NCBI GenBank assembly: GCA_027021195.1
Contig: JALUUW010000003.1
Span: forward strand, 4,843-68,842
DNA from: Candidatus Pacearchaeota archaeon
GTDB lineage: Archaea; Nanobdellota; Nanobdellia; Pacearchaeales; GW2011-AR1
Direction: 5' to 3'
DNA: 64,000 nucleotides
Part shown: one piece after another, positions 26,428-35,391 of the stretch
Layout of the letters: each line of letters opens with the position of its first letter
How positions within the stretch are numbered: position 1 is the stretch's first letter
The notes under the pieces: model-generated
What the model was told of the DNA's origin: nothing
Database searches by the model: none
Seen by the model: the letters and a program-made list of their open reading frames with translations, nothing else
Translations under genes and position numbers: made by a program

Positions 26428-26703
26428 TCATATATGCAAAACCTTAAAGGCCTTAAATCCCTGAAATCTCTCAGGCTTAATCTGAACATTTTTTATCTGC
26501 GCATGGCGAGGGCCTTTTTTGCACAACTCAATCATCTTATTTACATCATTAACATCTCCTTCAAGAAAAACTTCAACTCTTCCGTCTTCTAAATTTCTTG
26601 TAAATCCTTTAACATTGTATCTTTCAGCATTTTCCTTTACAAATGCCCTAAAGAAGACTCCCTGAACAGTCCCGCTGATGTATAATCTTACAGACTTTTT
26701 CAT
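26428..26703 (-). CDS. acyP: Acylphosphatase
   Basis: VQGVFFR signature, GFTRNLEDGRVEV, 91 aa. Confidence 0.8.
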   Translation of the reverse strand: MKKSVRLYISGTVQGVFFRAFVKENAERYNVKGFTRNLEDGRVEVFLEGDVNDVNKMIELCKKGPRHAQIKNVQIKPERFQGFKAFKVLHI

Positions 26704-26788
26704 AATAAAGGATATTGGCTTTGGTTTATTAATTTTGTTAAAATTATATGAAAGCAGAAATAATTATAAACTGGCTCTGGCAGGTTTT

Positions 26789-27433
26789 TTTATGGATCTG
26801 TTTGAGCAAATAAAAGAAGAAGTAAGATACTTTTTTGAAGAGTCTAAAGGAAGCCATGATTGGGAGCATGTTGAAAGAGTCTATAATCTTGCACTTCATA
26901 TAGGGCAAAAAGAAAATGCGGATTTGGAGATTTTGAAGCTTGCTGTAATCTTGCACGATATTGGAAGAGCTGAGCAGGATAATTCTAAGGGAAAAATATG
27001 TCATGCAGAAATTGGGGCGGCACTTGCCAGACAGCTGTTGGAAAAATATGGATTGGAAAAAGAGAAGATTGACAAGATAGTTCACTGCATTGAAACTCAC
27101 AGATTCAGGAACAGCAAGGAGCCTAAGTCAAAAGAGGCCAAGATACTCTTTGATGCAGATAAATTAGATTCAATAGGGGCTGTTGGAGTAGGAAGGGCAT
27201 TTTTATTTGCAGGAGAGCATGGAAACAAGCTCCATAATTCTAAAGGAATAGATGTTGAAAAGACAGATGCTTATACGAGAGAAGATACTGCTTACAGGGA
27301 ATTTATAGTTAAGCTTAGGAAAATTAAAGACAAGATGCTTACACAAGAAGGAAAAAGAATTGCTGAAGAGAGGCACAAATTTATGGAGGAATTTTTTGAG
27401 AGGCTGAATAAGGAGGTTGAAGGGGAATTGTGA
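26789..27433 (+). CDS. HD-domain phosphohydrolase
   Basis: HDWEHVERV...AVILHDIGR (H...HD motif). I moved the start to the internal Met (MDLFEQIK) because the track ORF would overlap the convergent acylphosphatase gene. Confidence 0.65.
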   Translation, partial: FMDLFEQIKEEVRYFFEESKGSHDWEHVERVYNLALHIGQKENADLEILKLAVILHDIGRAEQDNSKGKICHAEIGAALARQLLEKYGLEKEKIDKIVHCIETHRFRNSKEPKSKEAKILFDADKLDSIGAVGVGRAFLFAGEHGNKLHNSKGIDVEKTDAYTREDTAYREFIVKLRKIKDKMLTQEGKRIAEERHKFMEEFFERLNKEVEGEL

Positions 27434-27446
27434 TTTTTTGTTTTAA

Positions 27447-28043
27447 CTAAATTCCTCTCCTGTCCAGCTCGTTGTTCACAATGGCAACTGTCTGGCTGGC
27501 AAAATACATCTTAGGGCCAATGGAGATTTTCTTTGCAATTTTTTTCAGCCTTTTAAGCTCTTTGATAGGAAGCCCTTCGTGGTCCCCTAAAACAAAAACA
27601 CTTTCTTCAGGAATTTTTGCCTTTCTTATGTCTTCTCCCTTTCTGTCAAGAATGAATATTTCATTTCCATCCTCATAGAGCCCCTCAACAACTTTCAGAA
27701 AGCTCTTTTTCTCTATAAAGCATCCGGAAAGAGCTTCTGTTTTTTTGCCTTCCCTGTACTTGTAAAGGATTTTTTTAATTAAATTCCCTATGTCTTTCTT
27801 GCTTATGTCAAGCTCAGGAGTTACCTGCATTTCAATGTGTTTTGGAGCATCAGGAGGGCCGTAAAATACCAAGTGCATCTTAACATCCTTTCTGAATCCA
27901 TGGGAAAGAAAAAAAGCAGAGATGATTGTGTGTATTGCAATGTCCATTCTACCTGCTTTCATCAGGTTTCCTTTTCCTTTTTCTCCTGAAAGGGCCTTTC
28001 CAGATGTCGCTGCTTTGCTTGAAAAATATATGAAGTGCCTCAT
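27447..28043 (-). CDS. trmY: SPOUT-class methyltransferase, TrmY-like (tRNA pseudouridine54 N1-methyltransferase family)
   Basis: GRMDIAIHTIISAFFLSH and VFVLGDHEGLP motifs, ~200 aa. Adjacent to cbf5. Confidence 0.5.
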   Translation of the reverse strand: MRHFIYFSSKAATSGKALSGEKGKGNLMKAGRMDIAIHTIISAFFLSHGFRKDVKMHLVFYGPPDAPKHIEMQVTPELDISKKDIGNLIKKILYKYREGKKTEALSGCFIEKKSFLKVVEGLYEDGNEIFILDRKGEDIRKAKIPEESVFVLGDHEGLPIKELKRLKKIAKKISIGPKMYFASQTVAIVNNELDRRGI

Positions 28044-28054
28044 GAAAAAATTAA

Positions 28055-28996
28055 TCAGGCATTCTTTTTAAAATTATACAGTGGCTGCAGAACAAATTCC
28101 GGCTTTGCAAAAATTTCATCTCTGTTTTTATCATAAGTGTTGATTACTTTATACATTCCGATAAACCTTTCTCCTGAAAAAACACATATAATTCTTCCTT
28201 TTTCAATCTCTTCCCCTTCATCCATCAAATCTTTAGTAAAAATTGGCTTTCCTGTTAAAAGCCTTTTAATCTCTTTTTCTTTGACCCGCACAACTGGATA
28301 AACTTCAGACACTATTTCAGCAGGGACTATAATGTCTTTCAATGGCTTTTCACTGCCTTTCCTGTATTCTTCAACAGCTTTTTCAAAATCATACAAATTT
28401 ACAGATGGATACTTGCAATTCTTGTTTCTGTATTCTGAGAAAATTCCTGCCCTTATCCTCCTTAATTCAAGCATGTGTGCTCCTATTCCAAGCTCTTTCC
28501 CCAAATCATCAATCAATTTCCTTATGTAAGTTCCTCCCTCGCACTCAACATGAAACAAAATATCTTTTCCATCTTCGCTTTTTTCAAGCAGCTCAAATTT
28601 TTTTATCTCTCTTTCTCTGAATTGCCTTTTAACTCTTGATTTCACAGGAGGCATCTGCATAATCCTGCCAATGAATTTTTCCCTTATTGTCTCTTTAATT
28701 TTTTCCATAGGAGTATCCTCATGAATTCTCATTATCCCAACATACTCTTTATCCTCTCCCAAAAAAAATCCAGTCAGCTTGCATGCTCTGTTTAATGCAA
28801 TGGGCAAAACTCCTGTAACTTTTGGGTCAAGTGTTCCAAAATGGCTTGTTTTCCTGATTCCAAAATCCTTCAAGGCTTTCCTGACAAAATCAGAAATATT
28901 GAATGATGTAGGTCCTGAAGGCTTGTCAATGTTTATAATCCCGAATTCCAAAAGCTCTTGAATGCTTTTCTTCACTTTTAGTTTTTCAATATCCAT
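28055..28996 (-). CDS. cbf5: H/ACA RNP pseudouridine synthase Cbf5 (TruB family with PUA domain)
   Basis: IINIDKPSGPTSF, GTLDPKVTGVLPIAL (catalytic Asp), C-terminal PUA-like segment. Confidence 0.8.
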   Translation of the reverse strand: MDIEKLKVKKSIQELLEFGIINIDKPSGPTSFNISDFVRKALKDFGIRKTSHFGTLDPKVTGVLPIALNRACKLTGFFLGEDKEYVGIMRIHEDTPMEKIKETIREKFIGRIMQMPPVKSRVKRQFREREIKKFELLEKSEDGKDILFHVECEGGTYIRKLIDDLGKELGIGAHMLELRRIRAGIFSEYRNKNCKYPSVNLYDFEKAVEEYRKGSEKPLKDIIVPAEIVSEVYPVVRVKEKEIKRLLTGKPIFTKDLMDEGEEIEKGRIICVFSGERFIGMYKVINTYDKNRDEIFAKPEFVLQPLYNFKKNA

Positions 28997-29145
28997 AATA
29001 TCTCCTGTTAAATGCCTTTAAAAAGCATTAATTTACTACTGAAATATCTTTGCAACCTTTCTTTAAGAAATCTTCTGATTTTTATAATATTTCTGCAAGA
29101 GCCTGTTATGAAAATCTTTATAAAGTTTGTAATTCTTAATAAAAA

Positions 29146-29724
29146 ATGCTTGATAGGGATATTTCCCAAGGCCAAGGTGTTTTTGAGGTCAGAGGGGATT
29201 ACAGCATAAAATTCCCAATGGGGAAAGAGGAGAGGGAGATTATATCAGGAGATTATGCAGTATATTTCTATAATCAGATTTTAAATGCAGAAACTCCTTC
29301 TGAATGTTCTTTTTTTAGAATAGTGTTTGACGGGCTTAGATTTGAGGAACAACAAAGCCTGATACGCATTCATGAATGGTGTATGGGTGAAAAAGCAAAT
29401 CACTATATAGGGTATGGAAATGCTGCTCTTGATTTGTATGAAAGAATGGGAGTTGATGTAGGGAACTACATTGAGATAATAAAAAGGCTTGAGGATAAAA
29501 AATATGGTCATTGCAATGAGTGCGGATACCTGTTTGATGAAGAGTTTAAAAAAGAGAACAGGATAGGCTTTATTACGAAAAATCCGGGCAGAATATTTAA
29601 GCCATTTAACATATCTTCCAGCTATTGCGACGACTGCCTTGAAGAGGTTAGAGATAAAAATAAGAGGCTGAAGATAGCTGAAAGATTAAGCCATGATTTT
29701 AGGATTTTTACCACCCTTTTATGA
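29146..29724 (+). CDS. Hypothetical Zn-ribbon protein
   Basis: HCNECG...CDDC pair of CxxC. Confidence 0.3.
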   Translation: MLDRDISQGQGVFEVRGDYSIKFPMGKEEREIISGDYAVYFYNQILNAETPSECSFFRIVFDGLRFEEQQSLIRIHEWCMGEKANHYIGYGNAALDLYERMGVDVGNYIEIIKRLEDKKYGHCNECGYLFDEEFKKENRIGFITKNPGRIFKPFNISSSYCDDCLEEVRDKNKRLKIAERLSHDFRIFTTLL

Positions 29725-29745
29725 TTTCGGATTATAATTTAAGTT

Positions 29746-30390
29746 CTACTTCTTTAAGGCCTTTCTAAATTCATGCTTTGGCTTTTTTGCCTTCTCTTGA
29801 ACCTGATGTTTTGCTTTTTTATGAGCTTCTTTTTCAAGTTGCTTTCCTTCTTCAACAACTGAGGCCTTTTTTTCTTCCTCCTCTTTTTTTTCTTCTTTTG
29901 CCTCTTCCTTGATTCTTTTTTCTTCAGCCTCTTTTGCAGCTGCTTTTTTCTTTTCAGCAACTTCTGATGCAAGCTTCTCTCTTTTTTCTTCCCTTAATCT
30001 CTTAAACTTTAATTTTTCAGGAAGCTCAGCAAGCTCTGCAACAACTGTATCGCTTCCTGATTCTTTAACTGCTTTAACTCTTACTTTTACAGGAGGCTTT
30101 CTTATTCCTCTGCTCCAGACAAATTCATTCAGGTATTTGTCAATCTTGACTTTTCCCAAATCCCCGTCTCTTATTTTCATATGCCTTACTAAGAACTCTT
30201 TGATTGTTTTTACTGCTTTGTTTGCTTTTTTATATCTTGGAACAGCTTCAAGCTTTTTCCGAAGAGGAATAACATATTCTCTTTCAATGCCTTTTGGATT
30301 CTCTTTTTTTGATTTATTATCTCCAGAGGCTCCTTGCTTTTGAGGGCTTTCTTTTCCTTTGGTTTCTCTTGTTTCAGTTTTTTCTGTCAT
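29746..30390 (-). CDS. rpl31e: Ribosomal protein L31e with N- and C-terminal Lys/Glu-rich extensions
   Basis: EREYVIPLRKKL...RYKKANKAVKTIKEFLVRHMK...VKIDKYLNEFVWSRGIRKPPVKVRV matches the L31e core. Flanked by low-complexity K/E-rich tails. Confidence 0.65.
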   Translation of the reverse strand: MTEKTETRETKGKESPQKQGASGDNKSKKENPKGIEREYVIPLRKKLEAVPRYKKANKAVKTIKEFLVRHMKIRDGDLGKVKIDKYLNEFVWSRGIRKPPVKVRVKAVKESGSDTVVAELAELPEKLKFKRLREEKREKLASEVAEKKKAAAKEAEEKRIKEEAKEEKKEEEEKKASVVEEGKQLEKEAHKKAKHQVQEKAKKPKHEFRKALKK

Positions 30391-30400
30391 ATTATGGAAT

Positions 30401-30604
30401 TTAGCCGAAATGAGATTTTCTCTGTTTTCTTGGCTTGATATGCAATTTAGTTCTTCTCCATGAGCGCCTGTGTTTTGTTATGGCTGAAGGATGAATTCTT
30501 TTTCCCATTCCAAACTTTTTCAGGACAACCCACACAGGAGCCCACTTAGTCTGCCTTCCTTTTTTTGCAAGCTGCGCTTTTTTTTGCGGATTTTTTATTG
30601 GCAT
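30401..30604 (-). CDS. rpl39e: Ribosomal protein L39e
   Basis: KKAQLAKKGRQTKWAPVWVVLKK...RRSWRRTKL, 67 aa. Confidence 0.75.
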   Translation of the reverse strand: MPIKNPQKKAQLAKKGRQTKWAPVWVVLKKFGMGKRIHPSAITKHRRSWRRTKLHIKPRKQRKSHFG

Positions 30605-30609
30605 TTTCC

Positions 30610-30861
30610 TTATCTACTCTCCTTTGCTTTAAATTTTCTCAGAATATTGTTCTTTTTTCCACACAAGATTTCTGCAGGGACAAATTCTTTTCCAGATTTT
30701 AGCAAAGCGTATACTCTTGTTTCTCCACCCCTTTGAGATATTAAAAAATCTCTCCTGTCTTCTTTGCAAGTGAATTTTTCTAACTTTCCTTCTTTAATCT
30801 CCCAAGGATAAGCTATTCGGTAAATTGTTCCTGAATACTTTCTTCCTGAATAATCCATCAT
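30610..30861 (-). CDS. Conserved small hypothetical protein between rps19e and rpl39e
   Basis: ORF-track ORF in the conserved S19e–L39e–L31e gene string. No motif assigned. Confidence 0.3.
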   Translation of the reverse strand: MMDYSGRKYSGTIYRIAYPWEIKEGKLEKFTCKEDRRDFLISQRGGETRVYALLKSGKEFVPAEILCGKKNNILRKFKAKESR

Positions 30862-31280
30862 TTTATTCCCTCCAAAAACTCTTTTCCTTTTTGAGTAAGC
30901 TTCCTTCCGGGCTTTCTTCCCTTTACTCCTTTGACAGCCTTTACAATCTCTGTAAAACCTGCCTTGTCTGATTGCTGAAGAATCGTCCTGATTATCTTTC
31001 CTCCGGCCTTTCTGAATTCTTCTGGCTTAAACCCTCTGTTTTTTTTGCTTCCATACTTTGTCCTGAGTCTGTTGACTCCTACACTGTTTTTTTTGTAAAT
31101 CTGCCTTAAAATGCTTGCAGCCCTCTTGTACCAAAAGTCAGGGTCATCTATTGGTCTTTCCTTTGCTGGCCCTGACTTGACAAATTCAGCCCACTCCGGC
31201 TGCTTAAATTCATCAACTTTCTTCAGCGCTTCAGCTAATTTTTTGTTGTATTCACTGGCATCAATGTCATAAACTCCCAT
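30858..31280 (-). CDS. rps19e: Ribosomal protein S19e
   Basis: PEWAEFVKSGPAKERPIDDPDFWYKRAASILRQIY...SGKIIRTILQQ. Confidence 0.8.
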   Translation of the reverse strand: MGVYDIDASEYNKKLAEALKKVDEFKQPEWAEFVKSGPAKERPIDDPDFWYKRAASILRQIYKKNSVGVNRLRTKYGSKKNRGFKPEEFRKAGGKIIRTILQQSDKAGFTEIVKAVKGVKGRKPGRKLTQKGKEFLEGIK

Positions 31281-31478
31281 TTTATGTTTTCTTTGTCTGA
31301 AATTTAGCCACGCTTTGCAGCGTTAGATAAGTCTCCTTTTTTGGAGACCACTCAGCTAAAAATTATCAACAAAGTTAGTTTATAAATCTATCTGAAACAC
31401 CTGATTGGATGATGAAGTTTTTAAAAAGCCAACTCCTTAATTAATATCATGACTGGATAAAAAAAGACCATATAAAAA

Positions 31479-32957
31479 ATGCCACAAAATAAAACCAGAA
31501 GCTTCAAAACAAAAACAAAGAATTTTCAAATAAGCACTGCTATAGACTATCCTTCTGGAAAGTTTCATCTTGGCCACGCCTATGAAAAAATATGCACTGA
31601 CACTTTTGCAAGATGGAAGAGGCTAAAGGGGTATAATGTGCATTTTAGCACCGGAACTGATTGTCATGGATTAAAGATAGAGAGGATAGCAAAAAAACAT
31701 GGCAAAACACCTCTTGAATTTGTTAATGAAATATCAGGGGGATTTAAGGATCTGTCAAAATCACTCAATGTCTCTTATGATGATTTTATTATGACGACTG
31801 AAGAAAGGCACAAGAAGGTTGTAGCAAAGATACTAAATGGCCTGAAAAATAAAGGAGAAATTTACAAAGGGTATTACGAAGGGCTTTATTGTGTTGAATG
31901 TGAAACATATTATACTGAAAAAGATGCAGAAAATATGTGCTGCCCAATACATAAAAATGCTCTGGAAAAGATAAAAGAAGAAAGTTATTTCTTTAAATTA
32001 AGCAAATATCAGAACAGGCTCATTAAGGCAATTAAAGACAGAAATCTGGTTTGGCCTGAAAAGAAGAAAAAAGAGATTTTGAACAGGCTAAAAGAGCCTC
32101 TAAAAGATTTGAGCATTAGCAGAGAAAATGTATCCTGGGGAATTCCCCTCCCTTTTGATAAAAATAAAACCGCTTTTGTCTGGGTTGAAGCTCTGATGAA
32201 TTATCTGACAACTGTTGATTATCCTAATAAGATGTTCAGGGATTTTTGGCCGGCAACCCATTTTATCGGCCCTGACATTGTGTGGCATCATACAGTAATA
32301 TGGTATTCGCTGCTAATGGCTTTAGAGTTAGAGCTGCCAAGAGTGGTTGTTCACGGATTTATAAATCTTAAAGGAGAAAAACTAAGCAAGGCAAGAGGCA
32401 TTACAATTGACCCTCTGGAACTATCAGAAAAGTTTTCTTCAGACAGCCTAAGGTATTTTTTAATGAGAAATATCCCCTTTGGCCAGGATGGAGATTTTTC
32501 AGAAAAAGCATTAATTGACAGGCATAACAACGAGCTGGCAGACAAGCTTGGCAACCTTGTTTCAAGAGTTTCAGGCTTAATTGAGAAAACAGGAATTGAG
32601 AAGACTCAAAACACTATTGCAGGAAAATTAAACATTGAAAAAATTGAAAAGCTGTTTGAGAGTTATGAGTTTGACAAGGTGCTGAATGAAATTTTTGCCT
32701 TTATTGACATATGCAACGAGTATATTCAGGAAAAAAAGCCGTGGGAGACAAAAGATGTTAAAGTTTTATATGAGGTTGCTGACAGCATTAAAGCAGTAGC
32801 AATTCTTCTTTGGCCTTTTATTCCTTCATCATGCGAGAGAATTGCAGAGCAGTTCGGGTTTGAAGTGGGAGAAAGGACTTTTGATAAAATTAAAGAGCCT
32901 TTAAAAATAAGCAAGATTAAAAAAAGAGAGATACTTTTTAAGAAAAGTAGCATTTAG
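31479..32957 (+). CDS. metG: Methionyl-tRNA synthetase catalytic core. It ends at an in-frame TAG.
   Basis: HIGH-type motif (SGKFHLGHAYE), Zn knuckle (CVECETYY...CCPIH), KMSKS-type motif (KLSKARG). Confidence 0.9.
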   Translation: MPQNKTRSFKTKTKNFQISTAIDYPSGKFHLGHAYEKICTDTFARWKRLKGYNVHFSTGTDCHGLKIERIAKKHGKTPLEFVNEISGGFKDLSKSLNVSYDDFIMTTEERHKKVVAKILNGLKNKGEIYKGYYEGLYCVECETYYTEKDAENMCCPIHKNALEKIKEESYFFKLSKYQNRLIKAIKDRNLVWPEKKKKEILNRLKEPLKDLSISRENVSWGIPLPFDKNKTAFVWVEALMNYLTTVDYPNKMFRDFWPATHFIGPDIVWHHTVIWYSLLMALELELPRVVVHGFINLKGEKLSKARGITIDPLELSEKFSSDSLRYFLMRNIPFGQDGDFSEKALIDRHNNELADKLGNLVSRVSGLIEKTGIEKTQNTIAGKLNIEKIEKLFESYEFDKVLNEIFAFIDICNEYIQEKKPWETKDVKVLYEVADSIKAVAILLWPFIPSSCERIAEQFGFEVGERTFDKIKEPLKISKIKKREILFKKSSI

Positions 32958-32960
32958 AAA

Positions 32961-33308
32961 ATGGAGGGAATATTAAGCTTCAGCGACTGGCAAAAGCTTG
33001 ACTTAAGAGTAGGGCAGATTGTTGAAGTTGAAGATATCCAAGGGGCTGACAGGCTTTACAAGCTTACAATTGATTTGGGAGAGGAATTGGGAAAAAGAAT
33101 TGTCTGCGCAGGATTAAAAGAGCATTATTCTAAAGAAGAGCTAAAAGATAAAAAAGTAATTCTCTTTGTCAACCTGGCTCCAAGAAAACTAAAAGGAATT
33201 GAAAGCAGAGGGATGATTCTTGCTGCTGTTTCTGAATCAGGAGGCAGAAAAAAAGTATGTTTGCTTCAGCCAGACAAAGACATTGAAGCTGGGAGCAAAG
33301 TAAGTTAA
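32961..33308 (+). CDS. Trbp111/EMAP-like tRNA-binding domain (MetRS C-terminal domain), separate ORF in the same frame as metG
   Basis: LDLRVGQIVEVEDIQGADRLYKLTIDLGEE...RIVCAGLKEHY...KVILFVNLAPRKLKGIESRGMIL is an OB-fold tRNA-binding domain. Its ATG lies 4 nt after the metG TAG. Confidence 0.75.
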   Translation: MEGILSFSDWQKLDLRVGQIVEVEDIQGADRLYKLTIDLGEELGKRIVCAGLKEHYSKEELKDKKVILFVNLAPRKLKGIESRGMILAAVSESGGRKKVCLLQPDKDIEAGSKVS

Positions 33309-33358
33309 ACATATATTTCGTAATCTATATATTGAAAAGTATATATTATTGTTTCTAT

Positions 33359-34135
33359 TTAAGCCTTTAAGCCTAATTTTTTAAGAACTCTTTCAATCAT
33401 CCTCTCTCTGTCTTTGTTTGAATCATATTCCACTTCAAGAATTCTTGCAGCAATTTCTTTATATGCGCGGGAAGGCTTGCTCTTTGGATGAGTATGAACA
33501 ATTGCATCTTTCATGTTCAAAGATTCCTGCACAGTTATGTCCTCTGGAATCATTCCAAGGATTGGGGCCTCAAGCATCTCCTTAACAACTTCAGGATGCA
33601 TTTCTGTATGGTTTTTCCTTACTCTCGTGACAATAACCCCAAGGACAGGTTTTTTCATTTGTTCTGCAAGTTTTATTGTCTTTAGAGCGTCAGTTATTGC
33701 AGGCATCTCCGGGTTTGTTACAACTATCAGCTCATCTGCAATCTCTATTGAAGGCAGAACTTCGCTTCCAAGGCCTGCAGCGCTGTCAACAATTATGTAT
33801 TCAGAAATTTTCAGGAAGTCTTTTCTGAATCCCTTTATTTTCTCTGGCTTTGTCCTTCTTAATTCTTTTATTGACAGGGAGGAAGGAAGCACTTTCATCC
33901 CTGACTCATGCTCGTAAATTGCTTCAAATACGTCTGCTTTTCCAGAGAGAACCTGGTTTAAAGTTATAGGGACTTCAGGAGACCCAAGATGAATTCCTAC
34001 ATTCGGAGTTGTAAGATTTCCGTCAATTATAAGAACATCCTTTCCAAAATGATTCATTGCTGCCCCAAGATTTATTGCAGTAGTTGTCTTTCCAACCCCT
34101 CCTTTTCCAGATGTAATAACAATTATCTTTCTCAT
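33359..34135 (-). CDS. minD: MinD/ParA-family ATPase
   Basis: Deviant Walker A SGKGGVGKTT, 258 aa. Confidence 0.8.
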   Translation of the reverse strand: MRKIIVITSGKGGVGKTTTAINLGAAMNHFGKDVLIIDGNLTTPNVGIHLGSPEVPITLNQVLSGKADVFEAIYEHESGMKVLPSSLSIKELRRTKPEKIKGFRKDFLKISEYIIVDSAAGLGSEVLPSIEIADELIVVTNPEMPAITDALKTIKLAEQMKKPVLGVIVTRVRKNHTEMHPEVVKEMLEAPILGMIPEDITVQESLNMKDAIVHTHPKSKPSRAYKEIAARILEVEYDSNKDRERMIERVLKKLGLKA

Positions 34136-34189
34136 TTTTAATTATCTCTGAAATATCTGTTTGAATCGCAGATAAAGAAGCTTAACTTC

Positions 34190-34630
34190 TTATCGTAAAA
34201 GAAATTGTTTTGTAGTGCTTATAAACTTTTCCAACATGTCGGCATATTCCTTTAAACGCTCAAGATTGATATTAATCTCCTTCCCCCTGTAAAAAACCTT
34301 TAGTGTGACATTTTTTCTGAATTCACCGATTCTTTCCTTCCTTAAGTCCTCAACTTTTCTGAACATCTCATAAGCATCCATTACTGCCAGGAAGTTCTTG
34401 TCATTTCTAAACAGTTTTCTGACCTCTTCTATTTTTTTTAAAGGATTTGACGGCACTGAAGATATCTTTTTCTTTTTTTTGGCATGCTTTAGTATTTCAT
34501 CTATGCTTCTCTCAATCATTCTCCTCCATCTCAGGAGAAGATTCATTATCACATCGCAGGTTTTTGTATATTTCAGGCTTACATACAATAGATGGTCTGC
34601 GCTTATTTTTTCCTGAATAATCTCTTCCAT
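34190..34630 (-). CDS. Hypothetical protein
   Basis: ORF-track ORF only. Confidence 0.3.
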   Translation of the reverse strand: MEEIIQEKISADHLLYVSLKYTKTCDVIMNLLLRWRRMIERSIDEILKHAKKKKKISSVPSNPLKKIEEVRKLFRNDKNFLAVMDAYEMFRKVEDLRKERIGEFRKNVTLKVFYRGKEININLERLKEYADMLEKFISTTKQFLLR

Positions 34631-34735
34631 TATCGAACTCCTATAAAATCACCAATTAGAAGTATCTTTTACATATACACAAGGCTTTTTATATTTTTCT
34701 CAAAAATGAAATTTTCTTAATCTTGCCCTTAAATG

Positions 34736-35074
34736 CTATTTGCTTAGGTTCAAGATAGCTTCAGCGAGGTCATTTGTCTTTTCAAGAGCCTCTCTCGCTT
34801 CTTCATCAGTGCATCCTGTTTTTTCCATTACTGTTTTCACGTCTTCTTCTGAAATTCCTGGTTCAGCAGTTTCTTCTCTAACCTCTCCTGCAATTTGGAA
34901 TGTCTCCTGTCCCTGTATCTCTATTTTTGTCACAGAAGGATTTTCAATTATTATCTTTCCACTGCCTGAAGAATCAGCTTTTTCAATTACAACTCTTGAA
35001 GCCGGAATCTCCTCCTGAGACATTCCCATTTGCTTCATCAATGCCTGCATCTTTTTAGGGTTTAGGTTGAACAT
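34736..35074 (-). CDS. nac: Nascent polypeptide-associated complex protein (NAC alpha homolog with C-terminal UBA)
   Basis: MFNLNPKKMQALMKQMGM...VIEKADS...IIIENPSV... NAC domain. The C-terminal DVKTVMEKTGCTDEEAREALEKTNDLAEAI is UBA-like. Confidence 0.7.
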   Translation of the reverse strand: MFNLNPKKMQALMKQMGMSQEEIPASRVVIEKADSSGSGKIIIENPSVTKIEIQGQETFQIAGEVREETAEPGISEEDVKTVMEKTGCTDEEAREALEKTNDLAEAILNLSK

Positions 35075-35178
35075 TTTATGTATCCTCTAAAATGTATCAT
35101 GTTGTTATTATTTATACTTTTCTATATCTAATATTAAGAATATAAAAGGATGGAAGAGTTATTTGCTCAGGAATTATT

Positions 35179-35340
35179 TCAGTAAATCAATCCTAAAAAA
35201 ATTCTGAAAGCAACAATAAGTCCTATGAATACAATTACATGAATTGGCTTTAAATTGAATCTGCTTGCATACTCCTCATTGAATCTCATCAATCCCCCAA
35301 ATCCTCCTGGAAGATTTACTGAGTTTCCTGCTTGTGCCAT
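35179..35340 (-). CDS. secG: Preprotein translocase subunit Sec61beta/SecG (53 aa; not in the supplied ORF track)
   Basis: Manual translation: MAQAGNSVNLPGGFGGLMRFNEEYASRFNLKPIHVIVFIGLIVAFRIFLGLIY. GLMRFxEE plus a single C-terminal TM is the archaeal Sec-beta signature. Confidence 0.6.
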   Translation of the reverse strand: MAQAGNSVNLPGGFGGLMRFNEEYASRFNLKPIHVIVFIGLIVAFRIFLGLIY

Positions 35341-35391
35341 GCTTTTCTGAATAAGGGATACTTTTTAAAAGTTTCCTGACTGCCCTTACCT

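Noticed and set aside
26678-26788. The 5' extension of the HD-domain ORF that overlaps the convergent acylphosphatase gene
   Set aside because: The overlap with a well-supported gene on the other strand, and an internal Met preceding the conserved domain, argue for the shorter start.
31380-31450. GGATGATGA (C-box-like) with downstream TGA-containing motifs as a possible C/D-box sRNA
   Set aside because: There is no convincing D box (CUGA) at the right spacing and no terminal stem. This could be chance in AT-rich sequence.
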